Shown: positions 1 to 9,689, numbered from the stretch's first letter. The stretch is DNA of 64,000 nt from an uncultured virus (IMG/VR IMGVR_UViG_3300037067_003729) (IMGVR_UViG_3300037067_003729); one strand, 5' to 3'. Translations and numbers: made by a program. The notes: generated by a model from the letters alone, not told the origin.

Positions 1-92
1 TAACTCCATACAATTTTATTATAGAAGTAAATAAATTTCGATTTCGCGATACTGTTAATTCAAACAGAATAAGGTAAATTTAGCACCCATTC

Positions 93-119
93 AAGCCCCC
101 ATCCGGGGCTTTTATTTTT
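93..119 (+). terminator. Rho-independent terminator
   Basis: AAGCCCC-ccatcc-GGGGCTT hairpin followed by a T-rich run. Confidence 0.6.
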
Positions 120-294
120 ACCCTGCTGTATACCTATACCATAGTACTTTATACCTAGTCTACCCCCTAGGACCGTAGAATTATTGTAAAAATATGGCTT
201 AAGTAATACAATAAGCTTGTGTATGTTATTGACATTTTACCATAATTCGACAAAGCATGTCATTTGGTGTCGAATACTTGAGGAAGGAGTCATT

Positions 295-489
295 ATGGAT
301 AGACGTAAACGGCTCTGGGACAAGTATACGGAGGTATACAGCAAGCTCGAAGATAAGCTTGATAGATCGGATGTACTGCTCTTACGGGATTTAGTCGATG
401 CACGGGCACGTATAGATGTGTATGACGCGCAGTGCAGAATCGACAGTTCGTTATGGAAAACGGGAAATAAAAAAGTAAGGGAGAATTGA
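295..489 (+). CDS. hypothetical protein
   Basis: ORF 217..489; AGGAG RBS precedes ATG at 295. Confidence 0.55.
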   Translation: MDRRKRLWDKYTEVYSKLEDKLDRSDVLLLRDLVDARARIDVYDAQCRIDSSLWKTGNKKVREN

Positions 490-490
490 T

Positions 491-703
491 ATGAAAGAGG
501 AAAATAGTAAAGATGTTGAGACTATCCAACAAGATATAGATGCTATCGAAAAAATATTTAAGAGCAATTCACTTGATGATATGCCTTGCAATTTAGTAAA
601 TCATATAAATGAGCATTTCAATAAAATTTATAAACACTCTTTAGGTGGAACAATGGGCATCTATTATCTTGGGTATATCCATGGTTCTAGGGATAGAAGG
701 TAA
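491..703 (+). CDS. hypothetical protein
   Basis: 70-aa ORF with GGAG RBS, directly after previous ORF. Confidence 0.5.
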   Translation: MKEENSKDVETIQQDIDAIEKIFKSNSLDDMPCNLVNHINEHFNKIYKHSLGGTMGIYYLGYIHGSRDRR

Positions 704-708
704 ATACA

Positions 709-730
709 TGACGGTATTATTGACGGTTTT
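709..730 (+). repeat. Integrase arm-type sites, left pair (TGACGGT x2, 12-bp period)
   Basis: TGACGGTAttatTGACGGTTTT; a near-identical pair lies on the other side of the tRNA fragment. Confidence 0.7.
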
Positions 731-874
731 ATACTGTTTCGTATTAAAAATATTTACCTACGTTAACAAATGTTATACCGCTGAAATATAAAATAGGTGG
801 AAAACCTAATAATATAAGCGATCGGGGGAATGTGCATTTACTGCGGATTTCCGTAAGTAAATAAATAGCCAATA

Positions 875-936
875 CACAGGACTTAAAATCCTGCGGAGTT
901 AAATCCGTACCGGTTCGATTCCGGTCTCCGGCACCA
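875..936 (+). tRNA. 3' fragment of tRNA-Leu(TAA), attP core (not a complete tRNA)
   Basis: CAGGA-CTTAAAA-TCCTG anticodon arm, long variable arm, GGTTCGATTCC T-arm and GGCACCA end; the 5' acceptor strand and D-arm are absent upstream. Confidence 0.88.
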
Positions 937-937
937 A

Positions 938-966
938 AGGTTTCTAGTAATTAGGAACCTCTTTTT
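938..966. terminator. Terminator hairpin between tRNA fragment and convergent integrase
   Basis: AGGTTTCTAG-taa-TTAGGAACCT then CTTTTT. Confidence 0.65.
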
Positions 967-975
967 ATTGCAAAA

Positions 976-2088
976 TTAGAACTTGACGGTATGCTTGACG
1001 GTTTTGTTTTTAGACTTTTTTGATAAAACTTTATTTAGTTTATCAGCGCTCTTTTTATCCATATCTTCAATGATGTGCTGGTATTTTTTTATTTGTGTAG
1101 ATGTTGAATGACCGCTGCGTTCCATTGCTTCTCTTTCGGATATACCGTGTTTTAACATCATTGTGCAGTTAAAATGACGTAAGTCATGTAACCGTATATG
1201 AGGTAAACCATTTGATCTTAAGAATTCACTGAACGCTTTACTTACGCTTCCTGGGTGATATTCAGATCCATTAATGCAAGTATAAAGTTTTCCTATTCCT
1301 CTAATTCTTTTCAATTCTGGCATTATCACACTGGGTATTGTAAATATTCTTGTACTTTTTTTAGTCTTTGTTCCTTTTTCTATAACACCGTTCTCATGTG
1401 TTGGGACTCTGTTTTTGTGGACATTAATAAGATTGCTCTCAAAATCAATATCTTCCCACGTTAAGCCTAATAATTCACCCCGTCTTAAACCACACATCCC
1501 GGCTATTAATATTATGGATTCCATACGGTGGCCATGGAGCTTATTCAATAATTCTATAAATTGTTCTTCATTGTAAACCGTTGGTTCATAATCCTCTGGA
1601 CTGGGAGCGTCTACTCCATCACATGGATTTTTTGACATCAAACCATCTGACATAGCTTTTTTAAAAGCTCTATGTAAAATTCGGTGTTCCTGAAGAATTG
1701 TTTTCTCACTAAATTCTTTATCGCGTTCGCTATTATAAAATCTTTCTATGTCAACAGGTTTTATGTCTTTAACAAGAAGTTTACCTATACGAGGGTTTAT
1801 GTGTTTTTCTATATACCTTTTATATCCTTCTTTTGTGGTCTGTTCTAGTTTTTTGCAATAAACTTCTAAAAATTTCTTTAAGCATCCTTCAACCGTTACT
1901 TTTTTAATATCTGAATAATCTCCGTTTTCAATTTTCCCCATGAATTCAGAAACTTGTAACTTAACGTTTTGCCCATATCTACCCTTTTCATAAAAGCTTT
2001 TCTTGCATTCTTCACCCGTGTCAGGGTCATTGTATATCACATATCCTTCCCATCTTCCATCTTTTCTCTTATATATACTATGCTTCAT
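976..2088 (-). CDS. int: Tyrosine recombinase / phage integrase
   Basis: N-terminal RKDGRWEG arm-binding motif; GLRRGELLGL (R), HDLRH (HxxR), GHS and terminal Y catalytic residues. Confidence 0.96.
   Translation of the reverse strand: MKHSIYKRKDGRWEGYVIYNDPDTGEECKKSFYEKGRYGQNVKLQVSEFMGKIENGDYSDIKKVTVEGCLKKFLEVYCKKLEQTTKEGYKRYIEKHINPRIGKLLVKDIKPVDIERFYNSERDKEFSEKTILQEHRILHRAFKKAMSDGLMSKNPCDGVDAPSPEDYEPTVYNEEQFIELLNKLHGHRMESIILIAGMCGLRRGELLGLTWEDIDFESNLINVHKNRVPTHENGVIEKGTKTKKSTRIFTIPSVIMPELKRIRGIGKLYTCINGSEYHPGSVSKAFSEFLRSNGLPHIRLHDLRHFNCTMMLKHGISEREAMERSGHSTSTQIKKYQHIIEDMDKKSADKLNKVLSKKSKNKTVKHTVKF
984..1005 (+). repeat. Integrase arm-type sites, right pair (inside 3' end of int)
   Basis: TGACGGTAtgctTGACGGTTTT, same spacing as 709-730. 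Confidence 0.7.
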
Positions 2089-2425
2089 AAATAACACCAC
2101 CTTGTTTTATTGTTTCGCTGTTCAGAAGGAATAATGCAAAATCATATACCTGTTTTTTGCTCGTCTCGGAAAGTTGTTCATAGATATCTACTATTGTTGA
2201 TTGAATAAAAGGTTTTTGTTCATCAGTCAATCCGCCAAGCCAATTGGGATCAACGTTTAAAAAGAAAGCAATCTTTAAGATATATTCAAATTCGGCCTTT
2301 TTGTTTTCATTTGAGAGATATTTCGATATTGCACCGGCACTTATACCAGTAGCCCTAACTATATGAATAGCCTTTACATGTTTGTCATCCATTGCCTTTT
2401 TTAATCTTGCTTGAAATAAAGTCAT
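2078..2425 (-). CDS. XRE-family HTH repressor (cI-like)
   Basis: ARLKKAM..TGISAGAISKY..IAFFLNVDPNWLGG; GGAGG RBS; divergent from cro-like gene. Confidence 0.88.
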   Translation of the reverse strand: MTLFQARLKKAMDDKHVKAIHIVRATGISAGAISKYLSNENKKAEFEYILKIAFFLNVDPNWLGGLTDEQKPFIQSTIVDIYEQLSETSKKQVYDFALFLLNSETIKQGGVIYEA

Positions 2426-2497
2426 TCGTCTTTCCTCCAGTATTATATATTGTGACATATTTTAGCACTTTTGTTTTCGCAAGTCAACTAGTAATTT

Positions 2498-2571
2498 ACG
2501 GAAGGAAAGAATATTTATTAAAAATATTGACGGAAGGAAAGTTTAGTGATAACATTGTTTACGGAAGGAAA
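2498..2571 (+). promoter_or_regulatory. Lysis/lysogeny switch: three direct ACGGAAGGAAA operators overlapping a sigmaA promoter
   Basis: Copies at 2498, 2530, 2561; TTGACG(2527)-17 bp-TAACAT overlaps copy 2. Confidence 0.75.
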
Positions 2572-2596
2572 TATTTTCATGACAGGAGGAATAAAA

Positions 2597-2917
2597 GTGG
2601 TAACAGACATTAAAAAAAGAAAAGTAACAATCGTGAGTACAAACAAGGAATTAAGGCCGGAGAGCAAGACATTGAAAACATTATTGTTTGATTCAAGCAT
2701 TACATATGTTCAGTTAGCCAAACGCCTTGGGATATCGGAAAATAATCTTACTTTTAAAATCAATGGCAGACGAAAATGGTGGATAGATGAATGTGTGGCA
2801 ATTGTCGGTGTTTTAAATTCTATAAAAAAGAAGGAAACGGATTTAGAAGGCGAAACGTTTTTGTTGCTAGACCTTAAAGCCGTGTTTCCTGAGACATTCA
2901 AGAAAGTATTGGGATAA
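2597..2917 (+). CDS. Cro-like HTH protein
   Basis: TYVQLAKRLGISENNLTFKINGRRKW HTH; AGGAGG RBS before GTG. Confidence 0.8.
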   Translation: MVTDIKKRKVTIVSTNKELRPESKTLKTLLFDSSITYVQLAKRLGISENNLTFKINGRRKWWIDECVAIVGVLNSIKKKETDLEGETFLLLDLKAVFPETFKKVLG

Positions 2918-2976
2918 ATCCAAGTCAGTTTAACCTAGTACATGAACCTTGAAAACCTAAAGGGAGGAGGTCAAGT

Positions 2977-3705
2977 ATGTCTAATCTATTAATTATCGAA
3001 AACGGTTTAGTGCCTATCTACCAATCCGACAAAGGAACAAATTTGGTTAATGCCCGCGAGCTTCATGAATTTCTCGAAGTCAATTCAAAGTTTGCAGACT
3101 GGATAAAGAATCGTATTGAAAAATATGAATTTATTGAGAATCAAGACTTCTTAACGGTTTCTAAAAATTTAGAAAACGGCGGCAGGTCCATTGATTACAT
3201 ATTCAAACTTGAACCAGCGAAAGAAATCGCCATGGTTGAAAACAATGAGAAGGGCAAGGAAATCCGCAGATACTTCATTAAAGTAGAAGAAAAATTCAGA
3301 CAGCAACCCATGACTCCACAAGTACTCATAGCAACCGCCCTAATCGAAGCGCAGAAGCTCATTGAATCCAAGGATGAAGTAATAGCCCTCATGAAACCTA
3401 AGGCTGATTTTTTCGACGCAGTAGCCAACAGCAAGGACGCTATCGAAATGTCTCAGGCTGCAAAGGTTCTGAACTATGGTAAGGGCAGGAATGTACTGTT
3501 CAAGATTTTACGAACAGAGAAGATTCTCAGGGACAATAACGAACCGTATCAGGAATTCATTGATCGCGGATACTTCCGGTTACTCGAACAGAAATATACG
3601 AAGCCAGACGGAACGACCTGCATCAACACAAAAACCTTAGTGTACCAGAAAGGGTTGTCGTTTATCAAGAAAGTTCTGGACAGACAAAAGGCTATATCAG
3701 CCTAA
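2977..3705 (+). CDS. Phage antirepressor (AntA/AntB N-terminus + KilA-C)
   Basis: VNARELHEFLEV..F.DWIK.RI; KPKADFFDAV; QEFIDRGYF..KTLVYQKG. Confidence 0.92.
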   Translation: MSNLLIIENGLVPIYQSDKGTNLVNARELHEFLEVNSKFADWIKNRIEKYEFIENQDFLTVSKNLENGGRSIDYIFKLEPAKEIAMVENNEKGKEIRRYFIKVEEKFRQQPMTPQVLIATALIEAQKLIESKDEVIALMKPKADFFDAVANSKDAIEMSQAAKVLNYGKGRNVLFKILRTEKILRDNNEPYQEFIDRGYFRLLEQKYTKPDGTTCINTKTLVYQKGLSFIKKVLDRQKAISA

Positions 3706-4088
3706 CACAATGAGATAAATCCAAGTCAGTATAGAAAGCGAGGTGAAAACCAAAATGGATTACAAATCAGTTATAGAAGAACAGATCAGAGAATTGCAGA
3801 AAGTTCAGGACTCAATAGTAAATTTTTCTGATGGTAAAGAAAATATAGCGTGCAATGTTGCAAAGACAATAAGCGACCTTGTGATACACGCACAGAATAT
3901 TCGTTAAAAATGAGGGGGCGTAAATCTTTATTTCGGGTAGGGATTGCTAACTATATTGTAAAATTCTGCATAAGCCTTTGTTAGAAATTTTATTATGTCT
4001 TCATCAGTACAGCAACGTCACTGTGCAGGTCACATTCGGTGGACATATCGGAGATTCTGACAAAGTACAAAAATTAACGGAGGTCATT

Positions 4089-4853
4089 ATGAAAATTCAA
4101 AATAGCATTTTAAACATTTTGGATAAATGCACTGTAGAAGGTAACACGGTATTCCTTACATGTGGACAACTCGATCGGAAATCATATGAGGATGTAAATA
4201 AATGCCTTGAAAACATCGGAGGCAAGTGGAACCGTAAGGCAAAAGGGCACGTGTTTGAAAGTGACCCAGTAGAATTATTGGACAATCTTATTTTGACAGG
4301 TGAAACCATTAACCTGAAAAAGCAGTATCAGTTTTTTCCTACTCCGCGTGAAATCGGTGACTTAATGTGTAAAATGGCTGAAATCAATCGTTACTGTCGT
4401 GTACTTGAACCATCGGCAGGTAATGGTCAGTTGGTTGACGCAATCCTTGCAAGCGACCCCGAAAGCGTTTATATGGTAGAACTCAATCCGGCAATGTGTA
4501 ATGAACTCAACAGGCGTACGTCAAACCTCAGACCTGTTGTTATTCTTGACGAAAGTGATTTTCTTTCAAAGGGTTTGCCTGAAAAGATACAGGTTGACCG
4601 TGTTGTTATGAATCCCCCGTTTTCGAAGCAACAGGACATAGACCATATTTATGAGGCTTTCAAATGCCTTGTGTCTGGTGGAATTCTTGTTTCTGTAGTA
4701 AGCGAAAGCCCATTTTTTAGAGAGAACAAAAAGTCTGTAGCATTCCGGGAATGGCTGGATGAAAACGGCGCAGAGATAATTGACAACGATCCGGGAGCGT
4801 TCAAGGATAGTGGAACCATGGTTAAAACAAGGATAATCAAAGTTAGAAAATAG
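4089..4853 (+). CDS. SAM-dependent amino (N6-adenine-type) DNA methyltransferase
   Basis: QFFPTP, VLEPSAGNG (motif I), VVMNPPF (motif IV). Confidence 0.88.
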   Translation: MKIQNSILNILDKCTVEGNTVFLTCGQLDRKSYEDVNKCLENIGGKWNRKAKGHVFESDPVELLDNLILTGETINLKKQYQFFPTPREIGDLMCKMAEINRYCRVLEPSAGNGQLVDAILASDPESVYMVELNPAMCNELNRRTSNLRPVVILDESDFLSKGLPEKIQVDRVVMNPPFSKQQDIDHIYEAFKCLVSGGILVSVVSESPFFRENKKSVAFREWLDENGAEIIDNDPGAFKDSGTMVKTRIIKVRK

Positions 4854-4977
4854 CGTGGACATATCGGAGATACTCAGCAAATACCAGCAGTAAAAAAATA
4901 GCCCCGGAGGGCTAAAGGAATTTATCTACATAATCATATCACAAATTTATTTAAATTGAAAGGTGGAATTTATCAAA

Positions 4978-5721
4978 ATGAAAACTTACACATTGGAGGA
5001 ATTGAAAGACATCATTTCAAAGCATCTAAAGTATTTGACCGACGAAGAAGGCGGCGAACGTGCCGACCTGAGCTATGCCAACCTGCGCAATGCCGACCTG
5101 CGCTATGCCAACCTGAGCAATGCCGACCTGCGCTATGCCGACCTGCGCAATGCCAACCTGCGCAATGCCGACCTGCGCAATGCCGACCTGAGCTATGCCG
5201 ACCTGAGCTATGCCAACCTGAGCAATGCCAACCTGCGCAATGCCGACCTGCGCTATGCCAACCTGCGCAATGCCGACCTGAGCTATGCCAACCTGCGCAA
5301 TGCCGACCTGCGCAATGCCGACCTGAGCTATGCCGACCTGAGCTATGCCAACCTGGAAGAAATTAAAGGTTTGTGTAAAATCATGGGCGTACTTGCCGGA
5401 AATCGGTATTGGAAACGTTTTGGTGCAGGGCTAATAGATAAACATTATCAATTTAAAGTAGGATTAAACGAACTACGCCCAGGCGAAGTATTCGCAGATG
5501 ATGAAAGGGTTTTGTGTTCTTATCCTGGATTCCATTTTGCAAGCCGTTCATGGTGCGCACTGAATTATAGCGAACGTCCGCTTGAAGCACTCATCCGCAT
5601 CCCTGACGATGCAAAAGTTAATGAACCGTGGGCCACTGACGGTAAAGCGAGTGCTGACAAGATCGATATATTGCAAATATTTGATGTTTCCACCGGTAAA
5701 GATGTAACGGAAAAGTATTGA
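4978..5721 (+). CDS. Pentapeptide-repeat protein
   Basis: About 19 A(D/N)L(S/R)(Y/N) repeats followed by a globular C-terminal domain (GFHF motif). Confidence 0.9.
   Translation: MKTYTLEELKDIISKHLKYLTDEEGGERADLSYANLRNADLRYANLSNADLRYADLRNANLRNADLRNADLSYADLSYANLSNANLRNADLRYANLRNADLSYANLRNADLRNADLSYADLSYANLEEIKGLCKIMGVLAGNRYWKRFGAGLIDKHYQFKVGLNELRPGEVFADDERVLCSYPGFHFASRSWCALNYSERPLEALIRIPDDAKVNEPWATDGKASADKIDILQIFDVSTGKDVTEKY
5062..5355 (+). repeat. 15-bp tandem repeat array GCC(G/A)ACCTG(A/C)GC(T/A)AT
   Basis: About 19.5 near-perfect units read directly in the sequence. Confidence 0.95.
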
Positions 5722-5747
5722 GTAGGTATATCAGCATAGGAGGGCGT

Positions 5748-6345
5748 ATGAAAATATTGGTAGCATGTGAGTTCAGTGGAATAGTAAGGGACGCATTCAG
5801 GAAGCGCGGGCACGATGCATGGTCCTGTGACATCCTTCCCACAGAAGCAGACCCGGCGTATCACATCCAGGGTGATGTACTTGAAATACTGGACGATGGC
5901 TGGGACATGATGATCGCTCACCCGCCGTGTACATATCTAAGTAATGCAGGAGCAGTATTTTTATATCCCAAAGGTTGTTTAAACCATAACCGATTAGCAA
6001 AAGGTATGGAAGCAAAGTTACTTTTTATGAAGCTATGGAATGCTGATATATCTAAAATTGCTATTGAAAACCCTGTTCCAAGTACCGTTTATGAGCTTCC
6101 GCAATATAGCCAAACAATACAACCATATCAGTTTGGGCATCAATTGCAGAAAAAAACCTGCTTGTGGCTGAAAAATCTTCCTCTGCTTGTACCAACAAAT
6201 ATTGTTGAAAATGCACAGAGCACAAAGATTGCAGGCAATTGGTTTAACAAAGGTGGTAAGGACAGACAAAAAAAACAGGGCTAGAACATTTCAAGGTATA
6301 GCTGATGCAATGGCAGAACAATGGGGAGGTCCCTTATGGACATAA
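5748..6345 (+). pseudogene. C5-cytosine DNA methyltransferase, frameshifted in an A8 run near the 3' end
   Basis: ILVACEFSG, AHPPCT, IENP motifs; the family C-terminus RARTFQGIADAMAEQWG continues in another frame after A8 at 6268-6275. Confidence 0.8.
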
Positions 6346-6629
6346 ACGACATAGCCCAACAAATGATCAACAACGACATAACCGCAAACTGGACAGCATT
6401 CGGCAAAATTCCCACAGAAGCAGAACGTCAGGCGATATATGATACCTGCCTTAAAATAGCACAACATGACTGCGAGGGCAGCCTTGTACGCATAAAGGGC
6501 ACGTATGAGGGCGGGCTGATCGAACACGTCCACGGCGACACCGCATATTTAGCAATGGTGAAAAGGCCGGGTGAGAAGGTGCCGGTTAAGTTGGAGGATT
6601 TGGAACTGGTGGAGAAGGGTGGAATATAA
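6336..6629 (+). CDS. hypothetical protein
   Basis: GGAGG RBS, ORF in early operon. Confidence 0.6.
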   Translation: MDINDIAQQMINNDITANWTAFGKIPTEAERQAIYDTCLKIAQHDCEGSLVRIKGTYEGGLIEHVHGDTAYLAMVKRPGEKVPVKLEDLELVEKGGI

Positions 6630-6652
6630 AAAGTAGGCGAAGGAGGTTATCT

Positions 6653-6835
6653 ATGAAATTTGAAGTTTTAAACAAAGCGGTAGAAGCGTGCCTGGTTGCA
6701 AAAATAAGTTCATCTGAAAAAGCAGAATGTTATAAAAGGCTTGGCAAACCAGACATTGCAAAAATTTATGAACAACTAGCAAAAGAGTTTGAAGACTGTA
6801 AAGATGAATTAAACAAAGAAAATTTTAAATATTGA
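6653..6835 (+). CDS. hypothetical protein
   Basis: AGGAGG RBS, 60 aa. Confidence 0.55.
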   Translation: MKFEVLNKAVEACLVAKISSSEKAECYKRLGKPDIAKIYEQLAKEFEDCKDELNKENFKY

Positions 6836-7412
6836 TTTATTCGTATTAGAAGGATAGTTCGCCATAGCATCCCATTCCCCACCCACAATTCACATAAATA
6901 AATCGAAAGGAGGTAACTGTGTGGATAAAACAGAGTTTAGCAAACAGAGAATGGAGGCATTCGAAAAACTAAAGGAACCATTGGAAAATTTTGTAAACAA
7001 ATGGTGTTGTCCGCATGATACCTTGATTGTCACGCAGGGACACATGGAGTTGCTGAGTGGTGAGATGGCAATTCCGCTAAAAATTTTGGATTAGGCAAAT
7101 TAACCATCAGCCGGGCGGTTCCCGGCCCAATATTGCGCGGACTATCAAAAAACGAGAATGGCGCATGGGTTATAGGAAGTCCTGAACGAAGCCCCCGAAG
7201 CTCGCACCGGTTATAGTGTCGCTGGGAATAAACGGCAAGCAGCGAGACATGAACCTTTCCCCGCCCGCCGGAGCGTATCCGGCCCAAAACCCACATAACA
7301 GGCCGTAATGGCCGACACGCGAAGGGTATTAAGTCCCGGGCACATGTACAAATGATGGGGAGGCAGGTCGCGACTGTCCTCTCCAAAACTAAATAAATTT
7401 AGGAGGTCAATT

Positions 7413-7619
7413 ATGCAAACATCATCAAAAGTATCAAGTGTAAAGAAAGTGGGTATTCTCGCAGGTTTATTTCAAGCTTTATTAGATTCAAAGGCAATAA
7501 CGGAAACGTACGAGACAGCAGGAGGCAGAGGTCACTACTTTGACGGCAACGGAGCAGCAGGATACAACTTCCGCAGCAGCCAGCATAAACGCAGGAAAAT
7601 GGAGAGGAGGAGGGGCTGA
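7413..7619 (+). CDS. hypothetical protein
   Basis: AGGAGG RBS, 68 aa. Confidence 0.5.
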   Translation: MQTSSKVSSVKKVGILAGLFQALLDSKAITETYETAGGRGHYFDGNGAAGYNFRSSQHKRRKMERRRG

Positions 7620-7809
7620 AATGAACGAATGTAAAATGGATTTTTCATCAGCAATGCCAAGTATTTCAAAGGCCACAAAGTTACTTATGGGAACAAAAGG
7701 TAAAAGGATTACTGTGTTCAGTGAATGGCGCCACAAGAAGGGATTGCCGCATGAACAGTGTTATGTAAGCCAATATATTAAGGCGTGGGCGTAAAAAGGC
7801 GGTGATCAC

Positions 7810-8031
7810 ATGGATTGGTACAGTTTATCACCTTTGACACGTCTTGGATACTTCTTGCTGGGTTTAATCATAATCGCGGGTAACTTGTATATCGCTAAAA
7901 TCCTCACTGATGCAATCTGGAAACGCTACATGGAGCCTAAGCCTAAAAAGGTAATAGAGAAACCTGGATATGTCGAGGTGCTGGCATACGACCGGAAGGG
8001 AAGGCCAATTTATCAGGGAAGAAGGGAGTAA
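7810..8031 (+). CDS. small membrane protein
   Basis: One hydrophobic segment; GGTGA RBS. Confidence 0.55.
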   Translation: MDWYSLSPLTRLGYFLLGLIIIAGNLYIAKILTDAIWKRYMEPKPKKVIEKPGYVEVLAYDRKGRPIYQGRRE

Positions 8032-8037
8032 AGGGAA

Positions 8038-8310
8038 ATGAAAACTACAGTTGATACATATCATATGTCAAATCAATCCGATTTAAGAGAAGTCATTTCC
8101 AAGTTACAAGAATTTGTTCCAGAATTTGAAAAGTTGGAGGATGAATTAGGTACGACTAACGATCGCATTGAGGAATTGCAGGCGAAAATTCAGGAATTGC
8201 AAGAAATTGTTGAGGACGAGGATATCCCCTCTCCTACAATTCCGGAATATGTCGAACATCATGCGAGCATTCAGAAGATACTAAATTTTATTGGCAAAGA
8301 ATTATTGTAA
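8038..8310 (+). CDS. hypothetical acidic coiled-coil protein
   Basis: 90-aa ORF with heptad-like E/L pattern. Confidence 0.55.
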   Translation: MKTTVDTYHMSNQSDLREVISKLQEFVPEFEKLEDELGTTNDRIEELQAKIQELQEIVEDEDIPSPTIPEYVEHHASIQKILNFIGKELL

Positions 8311-8359
8311 CCTTTCCCCGCCCAACCGTATCGGGCATCTGCGAACGCGTCGGGTACGG

Positions 8360-8459
8360 NNNNNNNNNNNNNNNNNNNNNNNNNNNNNNNNNNNNNNNNN
8401 NNNNNNNNNNNNNNNNNNNNNNNNNNNNNNNNNNNNNNNNNNNNNNNNNNNNNNNNNNN
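8360..8459. other. Assembly gap (100 N)
   Basis: Run of n characters. Confidence 1.
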
Positions 8460-8822
8460 ACAAATTATGCGACGACCGAGAACTACATAAAAAAATAATC
8501 GAAATTCTGCACGATAAGCGTCAGCAGAGACAGGACGAAATTTCTATGTTACAGAAAGCGGAAATCTATCTAGCTGAATTTATGCGAATTTATGATGACG
8601 CAAAGGAGGTAAATCAATGAAATGGTATATAAGGCTATTTAACTTTTTATTCAACAGGCGCGGCAGATATGCGGTTGTAGACATAAAATGGCGTGTAAGG
8701 GAAGTTTACATCAATGGCAATGAAGTTGCATACGCGGCTTATAGGGCTATCACAGGGGCAACGGTGCAAGAGAGTCATAAGGCAGTAAGACCTTGGCTGA
8801 ATGAATGGGAGGGGAAGAAATA

Positions 8823-9689
8823 ATGTATAAAAATTTTGAATGCCCGTCTGGGGCAAAAATAGAGATACAGGCATGTTTGAAAGAATGCTTTCACTGTGAC
8901 AGATGTCTTTCATTGCCGACTCTGCGAATGATAGCGGAGCAAAGACCTTGGACAGGTAAGCCAAGCACAACACAGCTTTTGAAAGGCACAAGAGAAGCAT
9001 ACTTGGAAATCGTGCATGATGATTTGACCATGAAACCCAAAGATCAGGTTTTTAGGCTTTTGGGAACCAAGGCACACGACATGCTTAATAAATTCTCAGC
9101 AAATGAACTGAGTGAGGACAGGTTAGAGGATGATAATGCAACCGGCGCATTTGACTTGTATGATGCAGAAAATGAAACCCTATATGACTACAAGACATGG
9201 GGAAGTTACAAGGTTATGAAGGCTCTTGGAATTGAAATGGTTGACGTCGAAACCGGAGAATTTTACAAGTCAGGTGAGAAAAAAGGCCAGCCCAAAACAC
9301 ACAAGGAACCGCACCAAGGCACTCCAGACATGAAAGATACCGAACTACAGCTGAACCACTACAGGACATTAATAGAGGCTGCGGGATTCCCTGTCAAGTT
9401 TATGTTGATCGAAGCAGTTGTGAGGGATGGCGGTACATATTCAGCCACAGGCAGGGGAATAACCGAAAATGTTTATCTAATCCCTGTTAAGCGTTTACCT
9501 GATAATGAAGTTTACACATATTTCAAGGCCAAGGGTGATGCGCTGACTAATGCCCTTGAAACCGGAATAACTGAACCTTGCACGGCAGAGGAACGATGGG
9601 ACGACAGGAAGTGTAAAGACTATTGTGGTGTTAATCTCCATTGCGATTATTATTTGAATTTAACCACTGAATGCCGTGAGGTGATTTAA
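8823..9689 (+). CDS. Cas4-like PD-(D/E)XK exonuclease (phage recombination)
   Basis: LGTKAH, GAFDLYD..LYDYKT, QLNHY motifs; C-terminal C..C..C Cys cluster; adjacent to ERF. Confidence 0.82.
   Translation: MYKNFECPSGAKIEIQACLKECFHCDRCLSLPTLRMIAEQRPWTGKPSTTQLLKGTREAYLEIVHDDLTMKPKDQVFRLLGTKAHDMLNKFSANELSEDRLEDDNATGAFDLYDAENETLYDYKTWGSYKVMKALGIEMVDVETGEFYKSGEKKGQPKTHKEPHQGTPDMKDTELQLNHYRTLIEAAGFPVKFMLIEAVVRDGGTYSATGRGITENVYLIPVKRLPDNEVYTYFKAKGDALTNALETGITEPCTAEERWDDRKCKDYCGVNLHCDYYLNLTTECREVI

Noticed and set aside
875..936. Functional tRNA-Leu gene
   Set aside because: The 5' acceptor strand and D-arm are missing; upstream sequence cannot pair with the 3' acceptor, so it is an att core
4956..5366. 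Cys/Pro-rich repeat protein in an alternative frame
   Set aside because: A stop-free by-product of the 15-bp repeat; the pentapeptide frame has the RBS and a C-terminal domain
8291..8620. ORF spanning the N gap
   Set aside because: The frame across 100 N is unknowable; only the 3' part may be real
8823..9689. CRISPR-associated Cas4
   Set aside because: It sits next to ERF in the recombination module with no cas1/cas2; this is the usual phage exonuclease context
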